Source: an uncultured Verrucomicrobia subdivision 3 bacterium (lineage in GTDB: Bacteria > Verrucomicrobiota > Verrucomicrobiia > Limisphaerales > UBA11358). From it: 64,000 nucleotides of DNA. The stretch is taken from positions 3,994 through 67,993 of the forward strand of contig CAIOIC010000033.1 in NCBI GenBank assembly GCA_903858275.1. Direction: 5' to 3'. Under the pieces are notes generated by a model, which searched no databases, was not told the DNA's origin, and worked only from the letters and a program-made list of their open reading frames with translations. Positions 1 to 10,154 of the stretch are shown piece after piece. How positions within the stretch are numbered: the first letter of the stretch is position 1; each line of letters begins with the position of its first letter. A program made the position numbers and the translations under genes.

Positions 1-64
1 ATTACATAAAACCCGTCAGTTGACCCTGGCAGCGGTACAAATATAACATCTAAAAACACAAAAC

Positions 65-784
65 ATGAACCGAATCATTCAAGTGTCACTGGTTTTAATC
101 ACCCTATTAATCGGCTTGTCCCAAACCCGGGCGGCTGAAGCGCACCGGCAGAAGATGGGGAAAATATTATTTTTGGGCAACAGTATCACCAAACATGGCC
201 CATCGGCGAAGGTGGATTGGACCGGCAACTGGGGAATGGCCGCCAGCACAGAAGCAAAAGATTATGTGCATCTCGTGCTCCGTTCCATTTCCGAGACCAC
301 GGGAAAGCAGCCGGAAGCGATGGTTGTAAACATCGCAGCTTTTGAACGGGAATTGGCCAGCTACGACGTGTTGGAAAAACAGAAAGCTGCCTTCGCCTTC
401 AAACCGGATGTTGTGATTCTGGCAATTGGAGAGAACGTGCCAGCATTAAAGACCGAAACAGCCAAAGCCGAATTAAAAGCCGGCTTGCTGAAGCTGCTGC
501 GCGCACTACAGGTGGAAAACAAACCAACGATTCTGGTGCGGAGTTGTTTTTGGCCGGACCGCACCAAAGATGAGGTGCTCAAGCAAGCCTGCGAGGAAGT
601 CGGCGGTGTCTTCGTTGACATCAGTAATCTTGGCAAAGATGAATCCAACTACGCCCGTTCGGAACGAACATTCAAAAACAGCGGCGTGGCCAATCATCCG
701 GGCGATGAAGGCATGCAAGCCATCGCCACGGCGCTGGTTGAGACGATGAAAAACATCAATCTGCTTCAACCCGCCAAACAATAG
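65..784 (+). CDS. Secreted SGNH/GDSL-family hydrolase (esterase)
   Basis: 239-aa ORF. Hydrophobic N-terminal signal-like segment (VSLVLITLLIGLSQTRAAEA). SGNH block I 'LFLGNSIT'. C-terminal 'NHPGDEG' resembles block V. Confidence 0.8.
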   Translation: MNRIIQVSLVLITLLIGLSQTRAAEAHRQKMGKILFLGNSITKHGPSAKVDWTGNWGMAASTEAKDYVHLVLRSISETTGKQPEAMVVNIAAFERELASYDVLEKQKAAFAFKPDVVILAIGENVPALKTETAKAELKAGLLKLLRALQVENKPTILVRSCFWPDRTKDEVLKQACEEVGGVFVDISNLGKDESNYARSERTFKNSGVANHPGDEGMQAIATALVETMKNINLLQPAKQ

Positions 785-871
785 AATTCAAGCGGCAGGC
801 ATATCCTGCCTCACTCTTCGCGTTATCATTCTCATCAAGAGAATCCACTATTGGTATTTATAACGTCAGCG

Positions 872-3643
872 TCAGGGCTGAATCTCCAGACGCACCGGCC
901 CCAGCAAACCGGAACGCATCAGCGGGTCTTCAGAGGCATAGCCTTGGAAGGGCTTAATTGTGCGTTTGCCGGATTGGAGGGCAATGTTCGTTTTGGTGAT
1001 GCGCTTTTCATTTGGCTGGCCAGCATCACCAATGAGACGATTGGCCCAAGTATTGACCACGTCGATTTCGAGTTCGTTGCGGCCCGCTTTGGTTGCGCCC
1101 ATCAAATCGACGCTCCACGGATCGGTCCACACAATGCCGAGGTCTTTGCCGTTCAACCACACTTGGGCGATAAATTTAACTTCGCCAAGGTGCAAGCGAA
1201 TGGAGCGTTTGGCTTCATCAGCCGACAGGTCAAAGGCTTTCCGGTAGGTCGCCTTGCCGGAGAAGAACTTGATGTCGTCGTTCGGATTTTCATTCCAGGC
1301 CGCAAGCTGCTCGAACACCGCTGACTCGGGCGCGCCGCGACCGGACTGAAAACTCACCGTCCACGGGCCAGGTATGGCTTTCTCTTCCATTTTTGGCTGT
1401 TGTGAAGGCTGAACTTGCGGTGACTGGGCCGCCTTGCGGAAAAGGACAAATGTCGAACCATTTTCCGGCAAAGTGAGAGAAACGATGGTGCGCCCGTCAT
1501 TGCTCTGTCGCCAATTTGCGGCGGCGATAATCTTTCCACTCACGGCATCCCAAAGTTCCGGCTGTTTGCCGTTCACGCGGAAGGTACAATCCACCGCGCC
1601 CTGGCCAGCCACGAAGAAAATGTCCGCGTTGCCTTCGCGACGATGCGTGTAGTCACAGGGGCCTTCAAAATCCGGCAAAAGCCGCTTGGCTTTCAACGCT
1701 TCTTCCAAAGTTGGTGATTTGCCCCACAAATCGGCCGCCAACCGCCGCACTTCTTCATCGCATGCGGGAAAATTCGCTAGGCTTGGCGAATAGTTGGGCT
1801 TGCGCTGACCAAAGACAATCGTTGCTCCAGCTTTCCTCAGATCGGCAATTTTTTTCAGCACGCCAGGGAGCACCGTTTCATCATCCAAGTCCACGACGAG
1901 GATGCGGTAACTCATGCCGTCGGGCAGCACAAGTTCGCCTTTCTTCACCGTCAAGCGGTCGAGCAATACTTCGGTCGTGAGTAGGTCGTAGGTGTAGCCC
2001 TTGGGCAAATTCACCGTGGCTTTCTCGCTCCAGTTGGTGTAACGGCCCCAATGCACATACGGTTTATCGCCAATGTAAGTGCAAACGTCGCCCACGAAAC
2101 GCCCTTGGCGCAGCATGAACTGGCAACGTGCAAGATAGTCAATGAACGGGCCGACCTGCGGGAACCACGTCACGTTCGGATTGATGTGCGTGCCGGCGAA
2201 ATACTCGCTGCCCGGCAGGCCAAACTCCGGCGGAGAACAAGTGAACGTGTGCCAGACGAATTGATTCACGCCATCGCAGAACGCGGAATCAGCGAAAGGC
2301 TTCAGCGCGGCCGGATATGCCGACCAATGCTGGACCATATGCGTGAACGCCTCCGTGGCCGCAAGACGCTGGCCGTAAATGTGCGCGGTCATGGCTTGCG
2401 GACGATTCATCTCCTGGCGGCGCTTGATCGGATAGCCGGTGAACCAGAACTCCCCTTGCGGCATGTCGTTCTGGCCGAGAAACGCAAGTTGATCCGCCTC
2501 GGCAAACGCGGCGAGTTTGCGATTCCATGGCCCGCCGGATTCGGAATGCCACTCCAAACCGGCACGGTGGCAAAGCCGCCGCAATGTGCCGTAGAAATTA
2601 TCGCGGAAACAGTCGCCGAGCGTCTTGTAGTAATCGCGCTGGAACCGCTCCGAATCGGCGGTTTGCTTCACGGTGAAACCCGCCAGCACAGGCAGCCACG
2701 CCTGCACCGGATAGCCGCGCCGCTTCGCAAACTCCCGCTCGAGCCCGCGCGTCCATGTCGGTATTGCCCCCTCCCAACTGACGCTGTAGAAATGGGTCAG
2801 CGTTTTGCCCGCCAGCGGTCCGGCGTCTTGCAGCAAGGTCTTGCCCATGCGCTCAAAGTGGCGCTCTACGGCGGCCGAATCGAGCACATCCACGTCATTC
2901 TTCGTGACGAGTTGGCCGGCATGGGCGGGATCGCCTTCCATGGTCATGCAGCCAAATCGCAGCAACGTCCAGCGGCCCGGCGGCACATCAACCGTCAACC
3001 GTCCTTGCTTGTCCACCTTCGGAGTGAAATCAACAACCTCGGTAACAACCGGCTGGGAACCTAGTTTTGGCACCACCTCCTGCCATTGGCTGGACAGTTC
3101 CACCGCCGCGCCGTCATGTCGCACACCAATCACCGCCACGTCCCAGAAATGTTTTCCCTCGGGTTTTGTCAGCTCGATGCTGAACTTCGGACCGCGCATT
3201 TCCGTCGCCGTCCAGACAAGTTTCTTTGGTATGTCTTCGCCAACTTCCCACGGCCCCATCAACGCGCCGGCGCAGCGGCTCAGGTTCACGCTCATCTTCA
3301 AGCCCAGCCGATTCGCTTCCTGCATGGAATGCTTCAGCAGCCGGCGCCATTCGGGACTCATGAAGTCCATCTTGCTTGGCGGCATCACGACATGATTTTG
3401 GTCGTCATGATAACCGCGGGCATCAAACATCAGCAAACCGCCGATGCCTTGTTGCTTCATCGCTTCGAGATCGCGCGTGATGGTGCGCTCATCCACGTTG
3501 CCGTTGAGCCACCACCAATAGACCCACGGCCTGTCTGAACCGGGCACGCTGCGGAAGTTTTGCTCCCAGCTGGTTTCGGCAGCAGGCAGCCAAGCGGCAA
3601 ATGTCAGAGCAATGCCGATAACGAGTAGGTTGTAATATTTCAT
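872..3643 (-). CDS. Glycoside hydrolase, GH106-like (alpha-L-rhamnosidase-type) with C-terminal jelly-roll domain
   Basis: ORF track 872..3658 begins at TTG; the ATG at 3643 gives MKYYNLLVIGIALTFAAW (signal-like). N-terminal 'RPWVYWWWLNGNVDERTITRDLEAMKQQGIGGLLMFD' is the pattern I associate with Glyco_hydro_106. The C-terminal 'VWLNGKDLG...VVNTWANRLIGD' is sugar-binding-like. Confidence 0.65.
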   Translation of the reverse strand: MKYYNLLVIGIALTFAAWLPAAETSWEQNFRSVPGSDRPWVYWWWLNGNVDERTITRDLEAMKQQGIGGLLMFDARGYHDDQNHVVMPPSKMDFMSPEWRRLLKHSMQEANRLGLKMSVNLSRCAGALMGPWEVGEDIPKKLVWTATEMRGPKFSIELTKPEGKHFWDVAVIGVRHDGAAVELSSQWQEVVPKLGSQPVVTEVVDFTPKVDKQGRLTVDVPPGRWTLLRFGCMTMEGDPAHAGQLVTKNDVDVLDSAAVERHFERMGKTLLQDAGPLAGKTLTHFYSVSWEGAIPTWTRGLEREFAKRRGYPVQAWLPVLAGFTVKQTADSERFQRDYYKTLGDCFRDNFYGTLRRLCHRAGLEWHSESGGPWNRKLAAFAEADQLAFLGQNDMPQGEFWFTGYPIKRRQEMNRPQAMTAHIYGQRLAATEAFTHMVQHWSAYPAALKPFADSAFCDGVNQFVWHTFTCSPPEFGLPGSEYFAGTHINPNVTWFPQVGPFIDYLARCQFMLRQGRFVGDVCTYIGDKPYVHWGRYTNWSEKATVNLPKGYTYDLLTTEVLLDRLTVKKGELVLPDGMSYRILVVDLDDETVLPGVLKKIADLRKAGATIVFGQRKPNYSPSLANFPACDEEVRRLAADLWGKSPTLEEALKAKRLLPDFEGPCDYTHRREGNADIFFVAGQGAVDCTFRVNGKQPELWDAVSGKIIAAANWRQSNDGRTIVSLTLPENGSTFVLFRKAAQSPQVQPSQQPKMEEKAIPGPWTVSFQSGRGAPESAVFEQLAAWNENPNDDIKFFSGKATYRKAFDLSADEAKRSIRLHLGEVKFIAQVWLNGKDLGIVWTDPWSVDLMGATKAGRNELEIDVVNTWANRLIGDAGQPNEKRITKTNIALQSGKRTIKPFQGYASEDPLMRSGLLGPVRLEIQP

Positions 3644-3667
3644 ATCATTTGTAGTCAACGTGCTGAC

Positions 3668-4882
3668 TCATGGATTAGAAGTCCGGGTTAGCTTCATATT
3701 ATGTTCACGAAGGAGCGGGAGTTCCCACGCCCGCCGATTGGTGGCGGTGATGTTTCGTGGATCTTTTGAACCATCTTCCTGCGACGGCAAATCAAACACC
3801 CAAGCCGAAGCTAGGGGAACCTTGAGGCGTTCCAGTCGGCTTAGAAAGTCAGTGAAATATTTGCGATATTCGGGCGAGTCAGGAGCAAAATCAATCGGCG
3901 ATTGGAATTCCCCTACATAGATGGGCTTGCCGAGTTTCTGCGCCGCCGCCACCGCCCAATCAAGACGCTCCATTTCATTATTCCGCCGCGACTTGGCTTT
4001 GCCAATCAACTCATCATAACAATGCACACTGATAAGATTAATCGGATCCGGATTTCTCGCCTTGAGCATCAACCCCAACTCCTCCGACGTATCTTTGTCC
4101 CAAGCGTTCTCTTTAAACTTATGCCAGGCATTTTCTGATCCGATACTGCAGCCATTCTCAATAAGCCGGTATGGATCGTCGCGCCGCACCGCCAAAGCAA
4201 ATTCCCTGGTCGCGATGATGAAATTTGTGGTTTTAGGGAAATCCCGTGGAGTGCGAACTGCTGGTTGACCGAGCTTGGTGTTAGTTTGAGGGTAAGGCAC
4301 CGTTGGCAGATAGGTCGCCGCATTGGGCAAATCACAGTAGCTATCCCATTCATTCATAAATTCCCACGCCCAGATGGCCGGAGAGTTGCGGTAACGACTA
4401 ACGACATCATGGGTGTATTGCCGCATGAACGCGATGGTCTTGCTATTGGTGTTGCCCCATTGATCCAGCGGCTCACCCACGAGGTCGGGCACACAGGTGT
4501 TATACCAGAACAGTGACGGGATGAGACCGATGCCGTTCTTTTCGGCAGCCCGCACCACGCCATCCATCAGCCGGAAATAGGCTTCGCGGTTTTCCTGATA
4601 AAGCTTCATTTCCTTCGGAAAAAACCCGGATGCATTGAAACGCACAAAGGGAATGCGATATTCGGCCAGCACACGAAAACCCGCCTCGTAGGTGGTATTG
4701 GTGGTATTGTGCAAGGTGCGCAGGAAACAGTCGAAATAGTTTAATCCCACGCCCCGGTAGGATTTACCATCTTTAAGCACCGTGCCGCCGGGGCCGAGGG
4801 TCAATCCCAACGGTTCTTTGGCATAACCGCCACCACAGAAGACACAGGTGAAAAGGATAGTGATAACAATTTTAGCTCTCAT
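3668..4882 (-). CDS. Glycoside hydrolase family 5-like (cellulase/mannanase fold)
   Basis: ORF 3668..4930; the internal ATG at 4882 gives MRAKIVITILFTCVFCGGGYA (signal-like). 'WAWEFMNEW' is an NE acid/base-type motif and 'IYVGEFQSP' a candidate nucleophile Glu. Confidence 0.6.
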   Translation of the reverse strand: MRAKIVITILFTCVFCGGGYAKEPLGLTLGPGGTVLKDGKSYRGVGLNYFDCFLRTLHNTTNTTYEAGFRVLAEYRIPFVRFNASGFFPKEMKLYQENREAYFRLMDGVVRAAEKNGIGLIPSLFWYNTCVPDLVGEPLDQWGNTNSKTIAFMRQYTHDVVSRYRNSPAIWAWEFMNEWDSYCDLPNAATYLPTVPYPQTNTKLGQPAVRTPRDFPKTTNFIIATREFALAVRRDDPYRLIENGCSIGSENAWHKFKENAWDKDTSEELGLMLKARNPDPINLISVHCYDELIGKAKSRRNNEMERLDWAVAAAQKLGKPIYVGEFQSPIDFAPDSPEYRKYFTDFLSRLERLKVPLASAWVFDLPSQEDGSKDPRNITATNRRAWELPLLREHNMKLTRTSNP

Positions 4883-4958
4883 CTGAGATTTACGAGATGA
4901 GGCGGCAGCAAGCAGGTTGCAGATTTTCATAATTTTGTGGTGGCGTGCTGCAGGTCAT

Positions 4959-6413
4959 CTAGGTCTGACTGACGATAGCACATTCGATGTTCAGCACATC
5001 GGCGAGTTTTTTGATTACCGCCGCCTTATGCCCGACGCCAAGCGCGAAGTGATGCGTCGGACCTTCGGCCACCCAACGTTTCAGGAAGGTTCGCACGTCA
5101 GGTTTAAATTTGCCGTGGGTATTGGTGTTGCCGGTCGGCGGGATTGGCCCCTTTATGGATTCACCTTCAGCAACCACAAACTTGAATTTGCCGTCGGCCT
5201 TCACGCCAATGCTGAGCATTGTGATGGGGCCTTCCTTGATGTTGAATTCCACGCCCGCACCCGAGCCGGGTTTGCCGTGGTATTTGATCAAGCTGCGCAG
5301 GACGGGCTTGCCATTGGCAATGTTGACATGGTGCGGGCCGTCGTGGCCGACCAGCACGGTGTCGCGCACAAAATCAATCGGATGAAATTCAGCAAAACTG
5401 CCGCCGATATCGAGCCGATCCATGATGAGCATCGCAATACAAGTTTTGAGGTCGAATTCGCCACACATCGGAAAACCGGCGCCCGTGAGCAGGGAATTGC
5501 CGACGATCAGGTTTGTCACCAACTCGCGCATCGGCGTGCCGGCTTCGGCTTCATAGTAATAGGCAAGGCCGTCGAGCTTCTTGTCGGCAATGAACTTTCC
5601 CAATGCCACTGCGGCTTTGGCGGCGACATGGAGGTCTTTCTCGGTCAGTTTAGTTGTGATGGGGTCAGATATCGGTTCGGGCGTGTCGAAGAAAGCGAGA
5701 ATCTCACGTTTTTTCGCATCAATTTCAGCGGCGTGCTCATCGCGATAATGGCGCAGAATTTCATCGGGCTCGCACTGCACGACGTGGGCACCGAAGGCAG
5801 CGGTGACGGCGGTCGGGTCGGTGTGCATATCAAGCATTGCTTCGAGCACATGGCCCATGTGGCCGATCCGGGCATTCCGCAAATCGTGCAGCACGCAGGC
5901 AATGCCGCACCATTCCGCCAATTCAGCATCAGCAATCGGATCATTTTCAAGCGTGCCGATAATCACTTCCGGCGCACGGCGGCCAAGGCGGATGGCAACG
6001 CCTTGGAATTCCGGCACGGAACAGAAATCGTCGTTGCAGAGCTGCATGTAGGTCGAGGCGCGCTCATAGTCCATTGCCTTGAGCGGCTGAAGCGCGACGA
6101 GCACAATCGGGACGTCCAGCCCGCGCAAAATCGCGCCGACAGTAGACGAAGTGCCATAGGTCACCATGTCGATGAAGACAAGGTCGAAATCGGCAGCCTT
6201 GAGTTTGGGGAGCAGTTCGGCTGCGCCGAGGGCATTGTCCACCATGCCGAAATTGGTCACGGTGATACCGTGCGCTTCAACTTTGCGGACAAGGTGTTCG
6301 ATTTTACGGTGCATCTCGTCGAACAGCCCGGGGAATTGCGGCCAATAATTATAATGACCGACACCGAAGATTCCGATGTTGGCGGTAAGTGGTTTTCGAC
6401 GTGGAATGATCAT
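4959..6413 (-). CDS. L-arabinose/L-fucose isomerase family protein
   Basis: 484-aa ORF. N-terminal 'IGIFGVGHYNYWPQFPGL...' and overall length are typical of the AraA/FucI-like sugar isomerase family. Lies in an operon-like run with transporter and glycosidase genes. Confidence 0.7.
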   Translation of the reverse strand: MIIPRRKPLTANIGIFGVGHYNYWPQFPGLFDEMHRKIEHLVRKVEAHGITVTNFGMVDNALGAAELLPKLKAADFDLVFIDMVTYGTSSTVGAILRGLDVPIVLVALQPLKAMDYERASTYMQLCNDDFCSVPEFQGVAIRLGRRAPEVIIGTLENDPIADAELAEWCGIACVLHDLRNARIGHMGHVLEAMLDMHTDPTAVTAAFGAHVVQCEPDEILRHYRDEHAAEIDAKKREILAFFDTPEPISDPITTKLTEKDLHVAAKAAVALGKFIADKKLDGLAYYYEAEAGTPMRELVTNLIVGNSLLTGAGFPMCGEFDLKTCIAMLIMDRLDIGGSFAEFHPIDFVRDTVLVGHDGPHHVNIANGKPVLRSLIKYHGKPGSGAGVEFNIKEGPITMLSIGVKADGKFKFVVAEGESIKGPIPPTGNTNTHGKFKPDVRTFLKRWVAEGPTHHFALGVGHKAAVIKKLADVLNIECAIVSQT

Positions 6414-6478
6414 GGTTAAGTTTTTGTGAGTTTTAATTGGATATGTAAATTACATCATCCCGGTTGGCGGACATTGCT

Positions 6479-7741
6479 TCAGTTGCGAAGTTTCACGTCA
6501 TTGGCGTTCGCTCCACAGGATTTGACGGTCAGCAACAGAACGCCAAAAGCCAGCGGATACATGAATCCAGAAACCAGCCACACCGGACCATACGAGAAAT
6601 GATCCACCACCCAACCGATTGAGGTGTTTGCCAAGATACCGCCCAGCGCGCCAATAGCGCCGGTAAAACCAGTCACGGTGCCGATGGCATTTTGCGGAAA
6701 ACGTTCGCTGATGAGGGTGATGTAATTGGTGACCCAGAATCCATGCGCCAGCATCAACAACGCCATCATTGCCAGCGCTGCCGTGACACTGGCAACTTGA
6801 CCGGTAAGACTCGATGCCATCGTCAGCACCGCCGCGCCAGCCATGATCCAACGCCGCGCCGCAAGAGCGCCAAATCCCTTCCGCACCAAATGGTCTGAAA
6901 GCCATCCGCCAAAAACATTTGAGAGCCCAAGCGCTAAAAACGGAATCCAGCTTAATTCTCCGATTTCCTGCTGTGATGCCCCGCGTTCTTGACTCAGGTA
7001 TTTTGGAATCCAAAACATGTAAAAGTAGAATACCGGATCAACAATGAGACGAACCGTCGCCAATCCCCAGAAGTCCAAGCGTGTATATAATAGTGATAAC
7101 TTTGCTGGCCCGCTGTGATTGGAGGGAACTGTGGATGTTGATTTAGGTTTTGAAAGTATTGCGGATGAAAACCACCACGCAATCACCCATGCAACGCCTA
7201 GCAGTCCGGTCATCAGAAAAACACTGCGCCAACCTAATAATTGCGAAACCCAAACCGTCAAGGGTGGCGCCAAAACTGCGCCCAGGCTCGCGCCGCCAAT
7301 TGCCAATCCCATTGCCAATGCACGTTCTTGCCGGGGAAACCATTCAGTCACACCTTTGGCCGCACCCGGGAAACACCCGCCTTCGCCTGCTCCTAGCAGA
7401 AATCGCGCAATTCCAAGCTGCATCGCATTTTGAACCAGCGAATGAGCGGCACTGGCCAGCGACCACAAGCCGACACATAGCATCATCCCGAAGCGCGTGC
7501 CCAGCACGTCCAGCATCCGCCCGCTAAGCAGGAACATGACGGCATAACTAATCAAGAAAGCATTGGTTGCGTGCGAATATTCGAGGTTACTCATTCCCAA
7601 TTGCCGGGTAACCACCGGGGCGAGCACGGATAAAACCTGACGGTCAAGGAAACTGAGCGCCGTCGCGGCAAAAAGCAGGCCGCAGAGCCACCAGCGGATA
7701 TTCCCAGCGAAAACCGGTTTAGCCGGAGTGGACAGGTTCAT
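6479..7741 (-). CDS. MFS transporter (hexuronate/sugar-acid transporter-like)
   Basis: 420-aa ORF with about 12 hydrophobic segments and an 'LDRQVLSVLAP' MFS-type N-terminal motif. First gene of the minus-strand run MFS-isomerase-GH5-GH106. Confidence 0.85.
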   Translation of the reverse strand: MNLSTPAKPVFAGNIRWWLCGLLFAATALSFLDRQVLSVLAPVVTRQLGMSNLEYSHATNAFLISYAVMFLLSGRMLDVLGTRFGMMLCVGLWSLASAAHSLVQNAMQLGIARFLLGAGEGGCFPGAAKGVTEWFPRQERALAMGLAIGGASLGAVLAPPLTVWVSQLLGWRSVFLMTGLLGVAWVIAWWFSSAILSKPKSTSTVPSNHSGPAKLSLLYTRLDFWGLATVRLIVDPVFYFYMFWIPKYLSQERGASQQEIGELSWIPFLALGLSNVFGGWLSDHLVRKGFGALAARRWIMAGAAVLTMASSLTGQVASVTAALAMMALLMLAHGFWVTNYITLISERFPQNAIGTVTGFTGAIGALGGILANTSIGWVVDHFSYGPVWLVSGFMYPLAFGVLLLTVKSCGANANDVKLRN

Positions 7742-7845
7742 ACCAGTCCGTTTATATTATAAGAACATGATGTCATATCTGGCCTGTTCGATGTGAATAT
7801 GTTTACTGAATCTCTTTTTATGTCAAAGGAAATGTGCTTGACCAT

Positions 7846-7866
7846 ATGTTCTGAATATATGAACAT
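7846..7866. promoter_or_regulatory. Dyad-symmetric candidate operator (ATGTTC-N9-GAACAT) in the MFS/IclR divergent intergenic region
   Basis: The sequence ATGTTCTGAATATATGAACAT is seen directly. Additional GAACAT/ATGTTT half-site-like copies at 7763-7768 and 7799-7804. Lies between divergent starts at 7741 (-) and 7929 (+). Confidence 0.35.
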
Positions 7867-7928
7867 TGTGGCAGTCGGCAGCGCGGCGCAAGAGGTGATT
7901 AAGTGACCGCTCGCCGAAAAAAAACAAC

Positions 7929-8702
7929 ATGCAACGCGCCGCAACATTGGACAAAGGGCTGGATATTCTTGAAACCATCGCGGCAGCCCGCGAGCAGCGG
8001 CTGGGAATTCGGGAGCTGGCGCGCCAGCTGAAGATTAATTCCACCACGGTTCACAATTTAGTCTGGACCTTGTGCGCCCGTGGATATTTGCGACAGGATG
8101 AATCGACCCGGCGCTTTGAATTGGGGCCAGCCGGCCTGCAATTGGCAAGCCGATCCATACCCTGGCACGAACTGGCGCAGGCTGCGGAGCCATTGATTCG
8201 CCAATGCCAGCACGATCTTGACGAATCCGTAATGCTCGCGGCTTTGCATGGCACGGAAATTCTTCGCTTGGTCTATATCCCCTCCTCGCAGGCGCTCCGA
8301 GTCCACGAGCCGGATGTCATGGTGGAGCGCGCTTATGGAACAGCGGTGGGGAAGATGCTGCTGAGCACACTTGGAGAAGCCGAACTGGACGCCTACCTGT
8401 CGGCGTATCCGCCCCATGCCTTCACTTCTAAAACGCTTACCAACGCACCGGCGATTCGTGCCGCACTCGCGAAGATTCGCCGGCAGGGCTCTGCGGAAAC
8501 TCACGACGAATTGACAACCGGGGTTAGTGCCGCCGCGGTATTGGTCGAGGCCGGCCCCGGAATCCGTTTTGCCACCGGCTTGGGCGCCAGCGCGCCCACC
8601 ATCCGCTTTGGACCCCGTTTGGCGACCAAAACACGCAAAACTCTTCACCACTATGCCGGTCTAATCCGCGCCGCCTGGGCGGGGGTTGGCACGGTTTGCT
8701 AA
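7929..8702 (+). CDS. IclR-family transcriptional regulator
   Basis: 257-aa ORF. N-terminal wHTH 'LDKGLDILETIAAAREQRLGIRELARQLKINSTTVHNLVWTL' and a C-terminal effector-domain-sized region. Divergent from the sugar operon. Confidence 0.85.
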   Translation: MQRAATLDKGLDILETIAAAREQRLGIRELARQLKINSTTVHNLVWTLCARGYLRQDESTRRFELGPAGLQLASRSIPWHELAQAAEPLIRQCQHDLDESVMLAALHGTEILRLVYIPSSQALRVHEPDVMVERAYGTAVGKMLLSTLGEAELDAYLSAYPPHAFTSKTLTNAPAIRAALAKIRRQGSAETHDELTTGVSAAAVLVEAGPGIRFATGLGASAPTIRFGPRLATKTRKTLHHYAGLIRAAWAGVGTVC

Positions 8703-8757
8703 TCCCACAATTCTTCCATTCTGGACATTTGAAATTCGCAGCCACACCTTTGAGTTT

Positions 8758-9984
8758 ATGAACACACTGGGAAAACAAAATCTGACACCGAAGATAATAC
8801 CTCCCGCTTTCCTGTGCTTTTGTGTCGCATATCTGATGCTGCATTTCGGAAGCCCGGCGTGCGCCCAAGAAGGTTCTGTTCTTCCCCCGGAGGTGATCCA
8901 GCGCAGCCTGGTTAAGCTCGGCGATACGACCCGCCTGCAACAAGCCATGGCCAAAGCACGTCGGGGAGAGAAAGTGACCATCGCCTTCATCGGCGGCTCT
9001 ATCACCGAAGGCGCCAAAGCCACGCTCAAAGAGCGGCGCTATGTTGAACTCGTCGGCGGCTGGTGGCGAAAGACTTTCCCGAAGGCGCAAATCGAGGTGG
9101 TCAACGCCGGGATTGGCGCAACCGGTTCAAGCTTCGGAGCACTGCGGGTCCAGCGCGATGTGCTTTCCAAAAATCCCGATGTTCTCGTCGTGGAATTCGC
9201 AGTCAATGACTCCAATTCTGAAGCCAATGCGCAGACTTATGAAGGTCTGATTCGCCACGCACTCAATAGCCCTAAATCTCCGGCAGTGTTGTTGTTGTTC
9301 ATGCTGCACCAGGACGGCAGCAACGCGCAAGAATGGTTCACTAAAGTCGGGGCTCATTATAAACTGTCGATGGTCAGTTATCGCGATGCAATTTTTCCTG
9401 AGATTCAAGCTGGAAAAGTGAAGTGGGACGATATCAGCCCCGATACCGTTCATCCGAACGACATCGGCCACAATTACACCGCGCAGATCATTGACTCACT
9501 CTTGGCAAAGGTTTTCGCAACGCTGCCGGAAGGCGGCGTACCGATTGGGGCCGAGCCAGTGCCCGCCCCACTGCTTACCGATAGGTTCGAGCACACCTCA
9601 CTCTTCACTGGAGCAAATATGAAGCCGACCGTGAATCAGGGTTGGGTGTTTGAATCTCCCCAGAATATTAAAGCTGCCGGCTGGAAAGCCACACAACCCG
9701 GGAGTATTCTTGAATTCGAGTTGCCGGGATCAGTGATTTTCCTCCAGTGCTGGAAAATCAACGGTCCGATGGGAAAGGTGCGGGTAACCGTTGATAATGC
9801 TGCGCCAACCGACATTGATGCGTGGTTTGAGCTGACTTGGGGAGGCTACAATCTGACCAAGGTCATCGGCGAAAACCTAGCACCCGGCAAGCACCGGGTT
9901 CGCATCGAATTACTCAAAGAGAAAAACTCCAAGAGCGCCGGTCATGAATTCCGCGTCACCGGCCTCGGCTCCGCCGGGCTGTGA
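8758..9984 (+). CDS. Secreted SGNH/GDSL hydrolase with C-terminal beta-sandwich-like domain
   Basis: ORF track 8686..9984; ATG at 8758 (MNTLGKQ...). Block I 'IAFIGGSITEG', block III 'VVEFAVNDS', block V 'DTVHPND'. Confidence 0.8.
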   Translation: MNTLGKQNLTPKIIPPAFLCFCVAYLMLHFGSPACAQEGSVLPPEVIQRSLVKLGDTTRLQQAMAKARRGEKVTIAFIGGSITEGAKATLKERRYVELVGGWWRKTFPKAQIEVVNAGIGATGSSFGALRVQRDVLSKNPDVLVVEFAVNDSNSEANAQTYEGLIRHALNSPKSPAVLLLFMLHQDGSNAQEWFTKVGAHYKLSMVSYRDAIFPEIQAGKVKWDDISPDTVHPNDIGHNYTAQIIDSLLAKVFATLPEGGVPIGAEPVPAPLLTDRFEHTSLFTGANMKPTVNQGWVFESPQNIKAAGWKATQPGSILEFELPGSVIFLQCWKINGPMGKVRVTVDNAAPTDIDAWFELTWGGYNLTKVIGENLAPGKHRVRIELLKEKNSKSAGHEFRVTGLGSAGL

Positions 9985-10154
9985 TCCCGAAGGGCTCCGC
10001 CTTTAGCTTCAATGAATGATTTATGGGGCCCGATCATGCCCAACGTAAAAACCATCCAAGACGCCGCGGCAGCTTTGTTCGTTTGAACGACGACAATCAA
10101 GTTGGTGAATGACGGATGCTCTCTACATAGAGAAAGCGTAAAGGAAAGTTTAAT

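Noticed and set aside
4917-6419. 500-aa plus-strand ORF
   Set aside because: It is antisense to the well-supported sugar isomerase gene, and its composition is typical of a shadow frame.
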